From Candidatus Poribacteria bacterium (GTDB lineage: Bacteria > Poribacteria > WGA-4E > UBA9662): a DNA stretch of 64,000 bases. Below are positions 61,734 through 64,000 of this stretch, piece after piece. Every line of letters starts with the position of its first letter. Position 1 is the first letter of the stretch. The notes under the pieces were generated by a model. It was given only the letters and a program-made list of their open reading frames with translations, did not search any database and was not told the DNA's origin. The stretch spans positions 53,277 through 117,276 of the forward strand of contig JAYGDX010000063.1 in NCBI GenBank assembly GCA_046582655.1. Direction: 5' to 3'. A program made the position numbers and the translations under genes.

Positions 61734-62348
61734 TTGATCGATTTTAAACTTTACGCAATTACCGATCGACGATTATGTCAACCACAATTGATACAGGACC
61801 ATGTTGCCTCTCTTCTCGATGCTGGAGTACGAGCGATACAGTTGCGTGAAAAAGATCTATCAGACACCGAATTACGGAGTGTCGCGGTTCCCATAGACCA
61901 CATTTGCAAATCCTATTCTGCTAAACTATTTATCAATTCGCATATAAATATCGCGACTGATATAGGCGTGGACGGCGTACACTTTCCAGAACCTTTATCG
62001 GACACTATCCAAAAGGCAAAAGCTGAGCACCTGTTGGTTGGATGTTCAGTCCATGACCTTGATGTTGCTCGAAAGAGACAGATGGAAGGAGCGAATTTTG
62101 TGACCTATAGTCCGATTTATCCTACAACAAGCAAACCGAACCCTGCTGTTGGGCTTGAAGGCCTTAGTCAAGTTGCGGGATCCTTAGATATCCCAGTTTT
62201 CGCACTTGGGGGTATTACACCTAGTAGGGTATTAGACTGTTTAAAATCAGGTGCTTTTGGGGTCGCTGTTATGTCCAGTGTAATGTCTTATAAAACCGGA
62301 ATTGATCAAGCAAAAAACTACTTAAAACAAATCGAGGAATACTTATGA
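61734..62348 (+). CDS. thiE: Thiamine-phosphate synthase / TenI family protein
   Basis: LYAITD, IQLREKDL, DGVH, G.S.H, SP.YPT.SK, PVFALGGI; lacks the GQ.D after GVH, so TenI-like is also possible. Confidence 0.7.
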   Translation: MIDFKLYAITDRRLCQPQLIQDHVASLLDAGVRAIQLREKDLSDTELRSVAVPIDHICKSYSAKLFINSHINIATDIGVDGVHFPEPLSDTIQKAKAEHLLVGCSVHDLDVARKRQMEGANFVTYSPIYPTTSKPNPAVGLEGLSQVAGSLDIPVFALGGITPSRVLDCLKSGAFGVAVMSSVMSYKTGIDQAKNYLKQIEEYL

Positions 62349-63127
62349 AAATTGGTGTGACACAAATTATTCTGGGGAACATGTCTGTAGATAATACCAT
62401 AGGTCTATGTCAAACAGCTGGCTATCAAGCTGTCGAACTTACTTTTCGGGATGGAAAGGATATCCATGTTGATTTGAATAATGATAAAATTCGGGCAGTA
62501 GCCGACAAATTCCATGAAGCAGACATTGAAATCACAAGTATAACTGCTTTGAAAGGGAGTCTTCTGAGTTCAGATTCGTCCGAACGAGTGGAGGCAGCAA
62601 AATCGGTCGAACGGGCTCTTGAAGTTGCCGGAATATTAGGAACAGGCGCTATTCTAGTCCATCCAGGACAACTTAGTGTTCAAGGAACCTATCAGCAAGC
62701 TTGGGATAACCTCGTTGGTACACTCAAGGATTTGGCGCCTGTGGCCGAACGATGTAAGGTCGCAATTGGTCTTGAGAATGTGTGGAACAAATTCTTATTA
62801 AGCCCAAAGGAAATGCGGGAAATTGTAGATGAAGTTAATAATGACTGGATTGGTGTTTATCTTGATACTGCTAATATGATGGCTTATGGTTATCCGGAAC
62901 ATTGGATTCGTGAACTTGGCGATCGTATTAAACGGGTTCATCTGAAAGATTTCAGCCGTGGTGAGCATCGATTTGTAAACCTGCTAGACGGCGATACTGA
63001 CTGGCCAACTGTAATGAGTGAACTTCGCTCTGTAGGATATACAAATTCGATCATTCATGAAGTTGGAGGTGACCGAGAAGCACAGATTGATCTAGCAGAG
63101 AGGATGCGAAAAATTGTTTCCATGTAG
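62345..63127 (+). CDS. Sugar phosphate isomerase/epimerase (xylose isomerase-like TIM barrel)
   Basis: LENVWNKFLLSP.EM, D..N, H.KDF, G..DW. Confidence 0.88.
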   Translation: MKIGVTQIILGNMSVDNTIGLCQTAGYQAVELTFRDGKDIHVDLNNDKIRAVADKFHEADIEITSITALKGSLLSSDSSERVEAAKSVERALEVAGILGTGAILVHPGQLSVQGTYQQAWDNLVGTLKDLAPVAERCKVAIGLENVWNKFLLSPKEMREIVDEVNNDWIGVYLDTANMMAYGYPEHWIRELGDRIKRVHLKDFSRGEHRFVNLLDGDTDWPTVMSELRSVGYTNSIIHEVGGDREAQIDLAERMRKIVSM

Positions 63128-63185
63128 TCGACAATATTGCATTATATGGGATAGTCGTAAAATTTAATTCTAAGGAGATTGTAAT

Positions 63186-63860
63186 ATGGCAGAAAACAGT
63201 GATATCCAGGTGATTGCTTGGTCAGAATTCACAGAGCCACAGTCTGTTTATCCGACAGGGATACACGGTTGTTTGGCAGAGCATCTCAACAATTGTCAGG
63301 GGATTACTACCAGCGTTTCAGGCCTGGAGGATCCTGATCAGGGCGTTAGTGAAGAACAACTTGAAACAGCAGATGTATTGATGTGGTTCGGTCATACCAA
63401 ACATGGAGATATAGTGGACGAAAGCGTGAAACGAATTGTCAAACACGTCAAGGAAAACGGGCTAGGTTTTCTAGGACTGCATTCAACCCACTTTGCTCGT
63501 CCATTTAAAGCACTGATGGAAACCGAATGTTCTTTTCGGGCATACGTTGAAAATGGGACGAAAGGGGATATCAAGATCGTGGCTCCGGATCATCCGATTG
63601 CTAAAGATGTCAGTGATTTTACGATTCCGCAAGTGGAATGGTATGGTGAACCCTACGCTGTTCCTAAAGCAGAAACTGTTGTTTTGGCTGGGATATATGA
63701 CAACTATACTGAACTAACTCGGGATGGTCTGGTATGGACAGTGGAAAATGGGCGTGTGTTTTATTTTCGACCGGGTCACGAAACCTTTCCAATTTATCAT
63801 ATGCCAGAAGTCAAGAAGATCGTTGAAAACGCCGTACGGTGGCTAGCGAAGATAACATAA
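63186..63860 (+). CDS. ThuA-domain protein
   Basis: VYP.GIH..LA, DVL.W.GH..H, LHS.H, E.YGEP, FYFRPGHETFP.Y. Confidence 0.9.
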   Translation: MAENSDIQVIAWSEFTEPQSVYPTGIHGCLAEHLNNCQGITTSVSGLEDPDQGVSEEQLETADVLMWFGHTKHGDIVDESVKRIVKHVKENGLGFLGLHSTHFARPFKALMETECSFRAYVENGTKGDIKIVAPDHPIAKDVSDFTIPQVEWYGEPYAVPKAETVVLAGIYDNYTELTRDGLVWTVENGRVFYFRPGHETFPIYHMPEVKKIVENAVRWLAKIT

Positions 63861-64000
63861 GGGTTCCTCTAAAAATTAGTTAGATTCGTGCAATTTTCTG
63901 CATCTTTGTTAGAATTAGCTGATTGACAATTAAATTACGATTATTCAACTCATCATCAAAGGATTGATCATGATGCAAGCAGGACTTTTTGACTGGCAGA
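63861..64000 (+). mobile_element. Probable left end of an IS5-family insertion sequence; transposase starts at 63970 and is cut by the window edge
   Basis: GGTTCCTCTAAAAA terminal-IR-like sequence abuts the thuA stop; AAAGGA SD then MMQAGLFDWQ, resembling MQxGxFD IS5 transposase N-termini. Confidence 0.45.

Noticed and set aside
60875..62348. Possible TPP riboswitch for thiE or a biotin operator near bioF
   Set aside because: No GCTGAGA/TGATC-type TPP aptamer core or convincing palindrome was seen in the short intergenic DNA.
246..63574. Numerous 60-160-aa ORFs overlapping the major genes
   Set aside because: Antisense or off-frame shadows of well-supported CDSs, with no independent motifs.

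Overview
Gene-dense, AT-leaning bacterial chromosomal window from a diderm organism (lpxI, TonB/ExbB, an outer-membrane beta-barrel, many lipoproteins). Three PhyH-family dioxygenases, ThuA and sugar-isomerase genes and large proteins with FlgD/T9SS-type C-terminal domains suggest Candidatus Poribacteria or a related lineage (inference only). The window contains: a partial radical SAM/SPASM gene; an acetate-kinase homologue lacking its catalytic arginines; a HEAT / GATase-like / 2386-aa Ig-repeat operon converging on a 2009-aa PorU-like C25 peptidase; a five-tRNA cluster leading into tig-clpP-clpX-lon-S4; nuoI; a degenerate MDH; xdhC; a eukaryote-type glutamine-dependent NAD synthetase; a TPR-barrel-ExbB-TonB cluster without ExbD; hisB; a three-lipoprotein operon; a candidate ~230-nt structured ncRNA; a SelW/Rdx selenoprotein (UGA plus SECIS-like hairpin) missing from the ORF track; lpxI-thiN-DUF2156-YkgJ-M23; a DegT pseudogene; rph-rdgB; an acyl-CoA ligase with an ochre stop; bioF; thiE; and the probable left end of an IS5-family element. 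No CRISPR array or prophage was seen. All homology calls rest on motif recognition, not database searches.
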